Assembly (NCBI GenBank): GCA_001643675.2
Contig: LSRY02000008.1
Location: 124,001 to 188,000 of the forward strand
Direction: 5' to 3'
DNA from: Monocercomonoides exilis PA203
Taxonomy: Eukaryota; Protista; Preaxostyla
Length of the DNA stretch: 64,000 bases
Under the pieces are notes generated by a model. The model saw only the letters and a program-made list of their open reading frames with translations. It had not been told where the DNA came from and searched no databases. Positions 13,500-24,969 of this stretch are shown here, one piece after another; positions within the stretch are counted from its first letter, which is position 1; every line of letters begins with the position of its first letter. A program made the position numbers and the translations under genes.

Positions 13500-15480
13500 C
13501 GGTGATGGTGGCAGCATCATACGCACCAGCAGGAGCGATGGACGACTTCGAGAGGCGGCTGCGGATTGTGGTGCCAGAGGCAGCTGGGGTGTATGTGCTG
13601 CAGACGCTGCGGGGATATGTTGTGGCTCGGCGGACGGTGCTGTATGGGGGTGTTGTGTGTGCATACGATGTGGAGCTTTCAGCGATGCTTTTGGTTCCGC
13701 TGGTGGTTCCGCTTCCGTCGCTTGCAGCTTCTGTGAGCACGAAGTCGGGGAGCATGCAGATCTTTGCGTCGGCTGTATGAATGCGTTCCAGTCGATCTAC
13801 GATCTGTTTGTCCCGTATCTGCAGATATGGAGATCACAACAGTCGAGGCGTGTAGTGGTGAAGCTGGACGATGAAGTGATGGGGCGAGGGGTCGCAGTGT
13901 GTGAAGTGGGGGAGATTGTGAAGAAGGGGCTGTCAGAGGTGGGGCTGAGGACGGAGGATGTGGTTCTGTCTCCAGCGGCGATTGCGCTTGCGGTGCCGGA
14001 GGAGCGCGAAGAGGAAGAGGGAGGAAAAAGGAAATGGAGTGAAAGGCTGGTATCTGATAGCGCACCGAAAGTTTGTGAAAAGAATAAAAAAGATGCAGGC
14101 AAAGCTGGAAGAAGTGATGGAGCTGCTGGTTGTGGAGGCGCTTGAGCTGAGTCGGCTGAGGTTTATGAAGGCGGGGGCAGAAGCTGAGGCTGAGGCAGGC
14201 GCAGACAAGCAGCATTCAGAAGAACCAGAAGTGTGTTGTTCTTCTCCATCCAATGGCATTCAACAGGAGAACAGGAGATCAGAAGAAGAAGCAGCAGACG
14301 GGTCTTTGGGCATAACTTCAGATAGAAGTTCAGAGGGAGTGAGGAAAGATGTGAAATAGGCAGAAATGTCTACGAATAATTTGGGAATGAATGAGGAGCC
14401 AGGGAGAGGGGGCAGATCATTGATTTGGAGAAGGAAGAAGAGGAAGAAGAATATGATGATAAAGTTGAGTGCGATAATGAAGATGACAGGAGAGGCTGAA
14501 GAAGCGCATCCTAAAAAATCAGGAGAATGCTAATCAACGAACGATCATTCAGAACACACACATTTGTTCCTTTTCAGCTTCAGGACAGCTCCACTGACAT
14601 GTCAGTTTCAACAGGTCAGTCCGTCACTGCCATCCTCTCGCAAGTGTGCTCATTTTTCCAGCAAATCCGCAGTCTTTTGTACCTGCACATCCCTTCGCTC
14701 CGCATTTCTCATTCATCCAAGTCAAAAGGTCAAAGCAAAGCAGCTTCCGAGAAGCCTCCTTCTCACAATACTTCACAGCTTTTAATGCGCTCCATTGCAG
14801 TCTTCAATACACAATTCTATGACGTGAGCAGCGCCTTGGCGTTTGACCATCGGAGCTGCATTCAACAAGTGTTCACCTGTTAAAGCTCTCTTTTGCTTCT
14901 TCCACTCTTCTGACCTCGTCCGCTCCAGCTGCGCTGCAGAAGACTTCGCTGGCAGAGTTCCAGAGAAATTATATGGATCTTCCAGACTCTCTGTTTTCCT
15001 GGTTAGGGAAGAAATTCTGACTGAAAGGTGGGGAAGAGGTTCATTCCATTGGAGGCTCCCAGAGTGGAGAATTTGTTTCCATTATGTGTGATCACCCGTG
15101 CATGCTGCCTTTCTTCACAGAGATATTTTTAGACTTTATGATTGCGATGAACAGAGCAGCGATTTATTCGCTTGTCAGAATGCTGTTTCGCTTGGAGATT
15201 CTTCAGGACGATATTTGCTGTTTTCATATGTTTGCGGTGAAGCCTAATGAAGAGGAACGGTATTTGAGTTCGTTGAAAGGTTTCGGTAAAAACAAAAAGA
15301 CAGAGGAGGAAAAAGAAAAAGTTGGAGGAGAATGGATTCGGAATAAGAGGAGGATAAAGAGGATGATGAAGAAGAAATCCGTTCAAATGTATTTGAATGT
15401 TCAAATGGATTATCATTGAATGAATCGTCATCTTCAATTCTGTTCACTCTTTTATTCATCAAAAAGAGCAGATTGAAAAC
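13500..15480 (+). pseudogene. Degenerate hypothetical gene
   Basis: GC-richer stretch with chained plus-strand ORF pieces broken by stops and frameshifts; no domain recognised. Confidence 0.35.
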
Positions 15481-15792
15481 AGGCTACTCTTTTGCTTATT
15501 TTCCTGCAAAATTCATATCCAGATCAGAAAAAGTTCAGTCATTTGAGAACATTTCATAAGAATGAGTTAAATGTTTTGATTCTTCATTGACACTTTAAGC
15601 TTTCTTTGTTTTGTCATCTGTGCATTGTAATATTATTTCTGATAATGCAATGAAGGCAGCTATTCAATTTGAACGTGCAGGCAGAATAGCTTCGCTCTTT
15701 CCTTATGAGTCATTTTGCATTCCTTTTTCTTCCCCTGAAGACGAAGCATCTTCCGAATGTATCCGGGACTCCCTCTGCAAACGCAGCACAGT

Positions 15793-17461
15793 TTATATCG
15801 AAAGTGACTTGAGTGGCACATATATCTGATCATCCTCTGTTTCTTTTTCTTCTTCTTCTTCTGCTGCTGTGTTTATTCCGTCTTTTTTCTTTTTGTTTTC
15901 CTTTGCCTTTTTCATTGATGCGCTGTAAGCTTTGTCTTCGTCTTCGATTGTCTTTTCGTTTTCATTCGTTTTGTTCATCTTTCTTTCATCTAATAATCTC
16001 TTCAGCTTCTTCATTTGGGGGACTATCAGCTCCTTCTCAATCGGATGCGTACACATCATCAAAAACTGCGCAACGTCTGCTGCAACAGAAATCGCTTCTT
16101 CGCTTAAAAGCTCCTGTTTCATTGCGCAATACAATGCAAATATCTTCAATATTTCCTGTTTCGCTTGAGACGCCCGAAGATGCAGTACTGACAAATACGA
16201 AAGAAGACAGCACTTCAGAAGGGAGAGCATCCCAACATGCATTTCTGAATAGTGTCTGTTTGGATATGGATCAGAAAGAGGGTGCATCGAAGAGACGTTG
16301 AAAAAGGGGAACAAGCAGACTCATAGACTGCGGGTGAGGGATGTATGAAGGCACACGAGAGACAGGCGCATTTGGTGCTCTTTCGGCGAATGGGAGTTCG
16401 TCTGATTCAAAGCAGATGATGCCTTTTAGAGGAGACAGAAGCGGAGTGAACAGCTCGTGGATCGTGTTGAACAGCTGCGAGAGAGTGTCATTTTGTTCAC
16501 TCGGCGCCAGAATGTCCTCTGATCAGATTTTGGTGCACTTTCTTTTGCTGCTCGACGATTTCGATGAGACAATTTCTCTGATCTCTCCGCGGGACGATTT
16601 GTAGCTTTTGTACGACTCTTCCAGCGACATCCGCTTCTGCTGCTACGAAAAAGCATGTGGAATCTTTTGAAAGGCACTTATCTGCTGCAGCGTCAGAAAA
16701 GTCTGCAATTGCTCGTTCTTCTGCTCAGTCAGTGCGAAGATGAAGCGCGAGATCGACTTCTTCCGAAGAGAATTCATAATCTGACTCTGCGACGTCTCAG
16801 AGGCAGAAGGTGACAACGTCCTCAGAGTGCCCATGATGGATGTTATATAACTGCTGATCAAATTGCCACACTAGAGTGAAAGAACTGTCTATGAAAATGC
16901 ATCAGACTGGTAAGCTGGGTTTTGTGACTGAGCAATCCATTGCTATGACTTAAACGACGTCACCAGACTGAACTTGGAAAGTGCACATGCATTCAAAGAT
17001 GCGCTCTCATCGTTTACTGTCCAATTCGCTTTGACAATTCCATCCGATTTTTCTGCTTCTTCATCCGTGTCTACACTGCAAGACTCTCCGATGTCTGCAA
17101 GTTTTGGTCCCTTTTTCTTGGTTGAGCTGTTCTTTTCGACTTCTACTAATTTCTTTTTGAAGTGAGTGCCGTTTTCTTCCTCATCTGACATTCTGTAGAA
17201 CCTCTCTCACATAATTAAGCATTTTTTGACTGAAGCTTTTATTCCATCCTTTTTCTTTTCTTTTCTTTTTCTTGTATGAAACATCTTTGAAAGGACTTTA
17301 TTCTTCAAAAAGTGTTTCGTTGATTCATTGACTGTAATAATGTTCATGAAAGGAAAGATTGAAGAAAGTACACGGACAGATGAAGAATCAATATGATTGC
17401 TTGATCCTGAAGTTGAGTGAGATGTTGAATCGCAAGCATTTGGTGAGTATCCTATTCCCAT
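15793..17461 (-). pseudogene. Degenerate hypothetical gene
   Basis: Chained minus-strand ORF pieces (17461-17207, 17191-16943, 16861-16643, 16314-15793) with protein-like composition. Confidence 0.35.
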
Positions 17462-18014
17462 TTATCATCAATTGATTATTCTCCGTTCTCTAAAACTGCT
17501 CACTTATCCTTTAAATGGATTCGAATTCATATCTCCATAATCTTTTGTCATTTTGCATCTCTGAAATGGTGCTCTATTGCAAATTATGCATCCACACAGA
17601 AAGTAAAAATTGAAAATTTAAGAAAAATTTCACAACTCAAAATAAAACAACAAACCATTCAACTTTGTGTATTCATTGCTCATTTGAACATTTGTAAGCT
17701 ATACTTGGAGAATGAAATATTATAATTCGTTCTGGGCATTGCAAATTTCAGTTCAAATATAAAAAAGAATCATCAACATAATGATTAACTTTTTATAAAA
17801 ATAGAATTATTACATACCTTGAGCATTTTTGAGCTCATCAATTCCAACATGGACAAAGAAAAGAAAAAGTGTATTCATTGTTTATTAGCTATTTGAATTT
17901 TGATCACAAAACAGAATATATAATTTTTTGATTTAAAATATTTTTTCTCATTTAGAAGTTTGCAATAAGCCAACAAACATTGTTATAAAAGTTAGTTTTG
18001 TTAATTAATATTAT

Positions 18015-18470
18015 GGAAACGGAATGATAATAAAATAACTTCCATGGGTCAAATTTTTGATCTGATGTCACTTTTCAAAAAAATTTAGCCATATCATAAA
18101 AAATTCCGACGTTTGATCATAAAAAATTTTCATTAAGGGTAGGGTTGAACTGAAAATATTTTTGTTAAATAATGTGAAAATATTGTTTAATATATTGTTA
18201 ATATTTATTATTTGTTGATATAAAATTTGTTTCCAATTGTTTTTGTTACAAATTTTGAAAAAAATAAAAAAAAATTGTTAGAAAATATCGATTATTCAAT
18301 AAATAGAACAAAACAAAAGTTAACTGGTTTGTTAAACATGAAAACGATAATAACAATACGTAATCAATCAATTTTTTATATGAAAATAAGTTTTATGATG
18401 TTATTACAAAGAAATTTAGAAATTGATGCTAAAGATATAAAAGCATTTATTGAAAAGCGAATAATTTTCA
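18015..18470. repeat. Transposon-derived repeat: 18015-18085 matches the ends of the 36105-36826 element; 18092-18470 is the inverted copy of 5300-5665
   Basis: atgggtcaaatttttgatctgatgtcacttttcaaa is the reverse complement of ~36761-36796. Confidence 0.7.
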
Positions 18471-20367
18471 TTAACACATATGGAGAAATATGACGGAAAC
18501 ACATAACATTTGTCGAATAAACTATTGTTTATTGTTAATAATTGTTTTTAAATTAATACTTCTTGAAATTAGTTATATGAATTAATTAAACAAAGCTATT
18601 GAAAAAAATTACAAAGAAAGAATAAAAAAAAGAAGAAATTCATTGAATTTTTTTAACAAAAAAAGCCCACAACTATTATGACCTCATCTTTTTTATCCTC
18701 TATCCTTTTTTTTGGCATTGCCACAGTTGCTTGGAGAACATTCCATTCAACTATTTTTCTGAATATGCTTCTCTGCGCCATTTCTTCCTCTTCGCAAATC
18801 ACTTTTTAAGCTGGACAAATATGTCTCGAAGTTTCATTGAATTCTTCAACAGTCTTGCTTTATTCAGTGTCAACCTTGATTTGAGGATGCAAGGGTGACT
18901 TTAGAAAGTGTAGAAGATGGTTTTCGGGCTGATAACAATCAGCTCTTTGAGGCTGGTGCTATGCGAGTTCGAAACACTGGACGAAGTGGTGATCACGTTG
19001 TTTTCAAAGATTAAGTGCACCGGGTGTGTGATTGTGGGTGGGGAGAAGGGGAGCGGAGACGGGAGATGTGAAAAGATCGCATCGGTGCAAGAGGAGGATG
19101 CTAGGCAAGGCACAGACACATGGCTTGGGTTGCGGTGTGTTCTTGGGGGAGGTTGATGCCACCAGGCAGTTTGCCCTCGAGCATGTGGTGTTGGCGGTGG
19201 TAGATGCAGTCTATTTCAACTGAAACATACCCAGCGCCGACCTCCCCCTTTCATTTTCAACCTCCACTTCGCATCCTTTCCTTCACCCCATCCATCGCTT
19301 CCCACTCCTCCCACCGACCCCGACCATGTGTCGACCTCCTCCCCTTCATCACATTCTTCCGCGCCTACCAGATATTCTTCAATCAGGACACCAATACCTC
19401 TCACCGCAAGGTCAACTCCCTGCTTGACCCCTGCGACTTCATCTCCACAACTGTGTTATTCATCAACAGCTAAATAGAAAACTATCTCTGGATCTGCCCA
19501 CTCTTCCCTCTTCTGCCTCCTCGACGGATAACTAGCTGTGTCCTCCTTCCTCTTTTCAACGGATGACCAGCTCGTCCGTTTAAACTCCACCCTCCTTTGT
19601 TCTTGCCTAGGAACCCTTCGCATCTCCAACATATCTGAACATTCCCTCCACCTCACCTGCCCAGCTCTTCGTGCTCTCCCTGATTCCTATTTCTTTTTCT
19701 TTGATGTCAATCTTTCCATTCTTAGTACTGTTTCGCCTGTGCTCGTGCTCGACGATGACATCAGCAACTTCGTTGAACATCTCATCACCACGGATCTCGC
19801 CTTTGGAGGTTTCAAAGTTGTTATTCTCATCTAACTGTGAAATCAGTCAATATGCTTCTTCAGCATGATACATTTCGTCTTCCCTGCCATCTCGCTCGAC
19901 AAGCTCTGTTGCAGAATGCATGCCGGCAACTTCCAGCACACCAGCAGTATCCTTTCCATTTGTATATTTTCCCTCACGGCCAGCTGCAACCTCATCTGCT
20001 TGATATGTCAGAGCACTCAATATTCCTTTGTTCGAATGAGGAGGCTGAGTCATCTTTCCAGGCGCATCTTGGTGGCTCCTCAACTGTTGATTCACTCGGC
20101 GCTGCATTAACAATCAACTCTCTCCTCAGCCTTTCGTATCGATGCTTTCAGGCTTTCGTGTTAAGGAAGAAACAGATGAAAAGACACACCTTGAAATCTT
20201 TAATTTTTTGCTCTGAGAGAAAGAGAGAAAAGAAGGGGATATTGGGGAATTGAAGAAGGGGAAGAAGGAGAAGAAGAAGATGAAAATGAATCGAGTTGTG
20301 AAGATAAAATAAGAGGATGGGGAAGAGAAAGTGGAAAAATGGAATACGAAGAAGAGGAAGAGGAAGG

Positions 20368-20555
20368 ATAAGAAGAAGAAGAAGAAGAAGAAGAAGAAAA
20401 AGAAGAAGAGGAAGAGGAAGAGGAAGAGAAAGAGGAAGAGAAAGAGGAAGAGGAAGAGGAAGAGAAAGAGGAAGAGGAAGAGGAAGAGGAAGAGGAAGAG
20501 GAAGAGGAAGAGGAAGAGGAAGAGAAAAAGAAGAAGAAGCAGAAGAAGAAGCAGA
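20368..20555. repeat. (GAA)n/(GAGGAA)n purine microsatellite
   Basis: Direct reading. Confidence 0.92.
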
Positions 20556-21161
20556 TATGCTTGGAAATGGAAAAGAAGGCTGCGAAACTTCAGCTTCACT
20601 ACTATTAGCAGAAGAAATTGAAGAAGAAGCCGAAGCAGAAGAAGAATTATCATTTTTGCTTGTTTGTTGTTCTTGAAAATTTTCTTTGTATTTCTAAAAA
20701 ATTCATCAAACAGCATGATTTTCTGCAAAGAAGTGGAAGAAGAAGCAAAATGAGCTCTCAAATTAATTATCGAAATACGCCTTCGCATTTTCGCTTCGCT
20801 TTTGCTTCGAATGTGTATGTTCTTTTGGAGCATAATTTTCTTCTTGTTCTTCTTTTTCTTTTTCTTTTGTTGTTCTTTTTAAGAAGATAAGTTTTTCGAA
20901 TTGTCATTTTCTCCTTTTTCTGCAGCTGAAAATGTGCTTTTATTGTGAAACAAATCTCCAAAGCTTCCAAATTGAACAGCCTGCCTGTCAAAATACAGAT
21001 CATCTTGAATTTGAAAAACCTTCATCCACCAAACAACAAGAAAGCGATTCAACATTCTGCTTGATCCACACTTTCCTCTGTTTTGCACAACCTTTGAAAA
21101 ATGAATCACTTCTCTCAATCTTCTTCTTCTTCAGATACAAGACAAACGCCTTTCTCTTCTT

Positions 21162-23230
21162 CTAAGCCTGCTCCTGTTCCTTCTTCTGTTCGTCTTTGAA
21201 CCTTTCCCGCTCTTTCTCTGAGTTCTCTTGCTCTTCTTCCAGTAGCTCCTCTTTTTCATTCTCTGCGTCTTCCTTTTCCTTCTTCTCCATCTTCAGCTGC
21301 ATCGCTTTCTCCAACTCAACTCGTTCGATGCGGCTTGGAATAGCCGACAATTTTGGCTCAGGAAAGCACAATGATGAAGAAGAAACGGTATGCAATATTT
21401 GATTGGTGAAAGTTGGGGTATTGGTGGAAGAAGGAGATATAGATTACTTTGAAAAAGGAGGTGAAAGTGATGGTGTTGAAGGAGGTAAAGCATTATCAAT
21501 ATGATAGAAATCAGATGGAATATGTGAGGAGAGAAAAGAAGGTTATGATGATGATAAGATTGAAGAAGAAGAAAAGTTTGTCGATGTCGTTTGCTGAGGA
21601 ATTGACTGAAGAGTCTGATTCGGTCCAATTGACGTTGTGTAAACAACATTTTGCTGGTAAAAAGGCAAGCTTATAATTCTTTCTGCTTCTCTTTCTTTTT
21701 CTTCTCTCAGCTTCCTTTCTTTGATTCGCATCAATCTTTCGTCTATTTCCTTCTTAACCTTCATCAAATACTCCTTTCACCACATCCTGTCTATTTCTTC
21801 CTCCTAAAACCACTTGTCATCTCAAAGCGCATTGTGACATTTAGATATTGGAATCAGTGTTCTTTCTGGTGTCAGCAACGAATATAGCGAAAGAAAATCT
21901 GTGTTCTTCTTCACCTTTTTCCTCCTCTTCATCCCTTCCAGCGTCGCAAGAAGGCTGCTTCGTGGAGCCTTTGTGTATTTGCAGGTACTTTGTGGAGAAA
22001 TCATTGAAGAAACATGAGAGATAGACAAAGCAGAGGATGATGATTGAGAAACAGATGGTGTCAAAGCTTTGTTAGCAGTTGTATTCTTTAATGTGAAGTC
22101 ATAATCATATTCTTCTTGAAGCAGAACCATGTTATCTTTGCTGCATTTCTTCCTTCAAGCTGCTTTTTTTTTCTAATTTTCTGGATAGCGGAAAACCTTC
22201 TAGCTGCTCTGTGAAGAAGAAGATGATGATGAAATCACAGAATACGTGTCATGAGCATGTTTGCCTTTCAACGAAGCTGATTTCGACGCTTCAGACTTGC
22301 TGCAATTCAGCTCGCTTTTCCATCTCTCTTTTTCCTCTTTGTCTTCAATACAAAACTGTGCATTTCCTCTTGTGTTTGACTTCGTTTCATTCTCTCCTGC
22401 TGCTTCTGCTTTCCGCATTTGTGAAATTAAACTCAAAATCTCTTCGTCTGCCACAACTTTTCCAGACAATTGTTGTTTTTCGAAGTATTAAACTCGAAAT
22501 GATGTTCTGCTTCCAACAAATGACTCCAAATGGATCATTCTATCAACTTTTCTATTTGAAGTTCCATATTTCTCTGTCTATAAATATTTCTCATGTTCAA
22601 TTCTTTTCAATCTTTCTATTCCTCCTTCATTTCCTTATGAGCTTAATAATGTGCCTCCCTCCCCTTTTCCAGCTTCTTTTCCACATTCACACTTATCTTC
22701 CCTCTTCTCTTCCTTTTCCTGCTCTGCGCTGCTTCAATCGATTTCATCTTCATCTTCATTTGTTTCTCAGTGGAAAGCGGGATGATGCTTGAATTCTGGC
22801 TGAACCAAGATGTCTCCACACGCTTCTGCCCATTCCTTTTCACGCTTTTCCACAACTTCACCCAATAGAATGCCATGTTCTTCTTCTGGAATTGTTAATG
22901 CTTTCGTGCACCATCTTTAAACTTGTGCTCTTTGAATTGAGACTTCTGCTTTTTTTTCATTCCTTATTTATTCTCACCTATGAATATTATTTTCTTCTCG
23001 TCTGCCCTTCTTCACTCCACCCTTCTCCTTTGTTCTCTTGCGCTTTCTGCTTTCGATTCTAATAGAACTTTCTTCACAACTCCTCTCTCCTCTTCCGGTC
23101 AAAAATCATCTTGCTCATCTTCGTTTCGCTCCATTTCGCTTCCATCTCCACCAACTTTCAGTTCAGCTTTATCCTTATCTCCCTCTCCTTTCTCCACTCC
23201 CTGCTCATCTTCATCTTTCTTGCTCTGTCA
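21162..23230 (-). pseudogene. Degenerate Glu/Lys/Ser-rich hypothetical gene
   Basis: Many short co-oriented charged ORF pieces separated by stops and frameshifts. Confidence 0.3.
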
Positions 23231-23427
23231 GAAGAACTTTTCCAAGATTTAATGTAATTCTTTTCTTGACTTTTCAATCTTTCACACAATGCTTTAGTTC
23301 TGTGACATTTCACATTCCTGACGCACTTCCTAATATATAATTTAAATTGATAATTTGATAATAATTTCATATCACACATAAACAGCAATACAATAATTGA
23401 TTTTTGTATATTTTGTGAATTAATAAA

Positions 23428-23994
23428 AAAAACAAACTTTGTCAAAAATGAACAAGAATTAATAAAGTCACATTGAATAGTCTTTCTGTTTGTTTCATCA
23501 AAAATTGTCTATGTGCCAAACAAAATTACCAGTTTCTAAACAAATAGGTCAAAATTCTTATATTAATGAAAAATAACAACGATTTGTTCCAAACCTTTTA
23601 TGCAGCTTTGTCGTTATATGTCAAACGTTCTCACATATTAAATATATAGAATAACTGTAAAATAATAAGAAAAATCTTCGAAGACGGTGCATGGGAAACA
23701 ATTCATTTCACACAACACTTCATCCCAAATAAAAAATATGTTAAAAAACAAATTATTACCAACTTTTTCCACTAACAGATTTTCAAAAAAAAGCATCAGA
23801 CATGTTTATTATCGTTATTTATTCACACTGAGCAAAATAGATCATGGTATTCTTAATGGCGCCATTAATAATAATTTGTATTTTTTATGATCAAAAATTT
23901 CAAAAAATTTTAATAATTATTTATTTTTGTTTCATTTAATTTGTGAATATTATTGCTTTATTAATGCAAACAAGTCATACAAAATTGGTTTTGA
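23428..23994. repeat. Left TIR (~567 bp)
   Basis: Reverse complement of 29034-29600 (paired coordinates sum to 53028). Confidence 0.95.
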
Positions 23995-24514
23995 ATTTTT
24001 ATTGTTTGAATATAGGTGAAAAGTTGTTTTTTATTTTTTCATTGAATTTTCATTTCAAGTGGGATAAATATCTTTGAAAAATTAAACACTTAAAAATGTT
24101 TTGTTTTTGAATGAACATATATATAATTATTGTTCTATTCAATATATAACTGTTTTGTTATCAATATCTTCATTGTTGAGAAACTACAACGGTTGATGAA
24201 TATTCAGTGATGAGAAAAACATAAAAATAAATTCATTGTTAATTCGATAACAATCATGAAACAAAATAACACTAAAATAACATTAGCACTTCATTGAATT
24301 AATCATCTAAAATAGAGAAAGCAACATATATGTTTCTTTTATTGTTGCATCACTTTCAAAGGAATATTTTTTGACTATATCATCATTAAAACATTTCCCG
24401 TCAGTCAATTCAATATCAATTTGTATGAACAATAAAAGATTCAATAAAAAGCATTACTATATCAACAAATACATGGTATCATAGTCAATTCAAAACACAA
24501 AAGAATACAAATAC

Positions 24515-24966
24515 TTTAGGTGCAAAAACAAACTTGACTGTTAATCCTTTGTTTTCTACCCACTCTCCCCTATCTGATATAACTCTTGTCCTAAGACAAA
24601 AAGATCAAATTCAACAGAGAAAAAAGGCAGACACAGTGATGAAACATCACTTCACACCCTCAGCTATTCTCCTTTCCTAAAACCTAATCCAAAAATCATT
24701 GAAACTCTTCACAACACCCATCATAAAATGAATCTCTATTTAGACATATATAAATAAATTTCGGGACTATTACCAAGTGAAAATAGGGACATTATTGGGA
24801 CAGAAACAGTAAGAAAACAATCGGATTCTAACTATTGTGTACCTGGGAGGCTGTTCGTCGTATCCAGGTCCGGATAAAGCAGCCCGAAGGCTGCAATATC
24901 AAATACGAACAGTCATGTCCAGCACCCTTCCGACAGAGTGCCAGCTAAGCATACACAACAACTAGT
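24515..24966 (-). ncRNA. Candidate multi-domain structured RNA immediately 3' of the transposase stop
   Basis: GCAGCC-UUCG-GGCUGC hairpin (24879-24894); helices 24851-58/24905-12, 24841-46/24864-69 (crossing), 24835-41/24952-58; several stems that pair fully only with minus-strand G-U pairs (24919-24944, 24556-24630, 24687-24745). Confidence 0.6.
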
Positions 24967-24969
24967 TTC

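Noticed and set aside
5300-18470. One 13 kb element bounded by the 5300-5665 / 18092-18470 inverted pair
   Set aside because: The copies are diverged, no target-site duplication was found, and each adjoins different transposon ends; independent dispersed copies are the simpler explanation.
23687-23890. 67 aa ORF and its mirror at 29138-29341 as genes
   Set aside because: They are chance ORFs with GTG starts, duplicated only because they lie in the TIRs.
24786-24803. Telomerase RNA template
   Set aside because: The 1.5-repeat would specify GGGACATTATT, with no such arrays in view, and it lies inside a transposon.
24831-24966. Canonical SECIS, HDV-like or hammerhead ribozyme, group I intron core, or tRNA
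   Set aside because: AUGA is present but lacks the opposing GA and the apical AA. The HDV P3/L3 segment is missing. There is no CUGANGA/GAAA core, no convincing full P3-P7 set and no cloverleaf.
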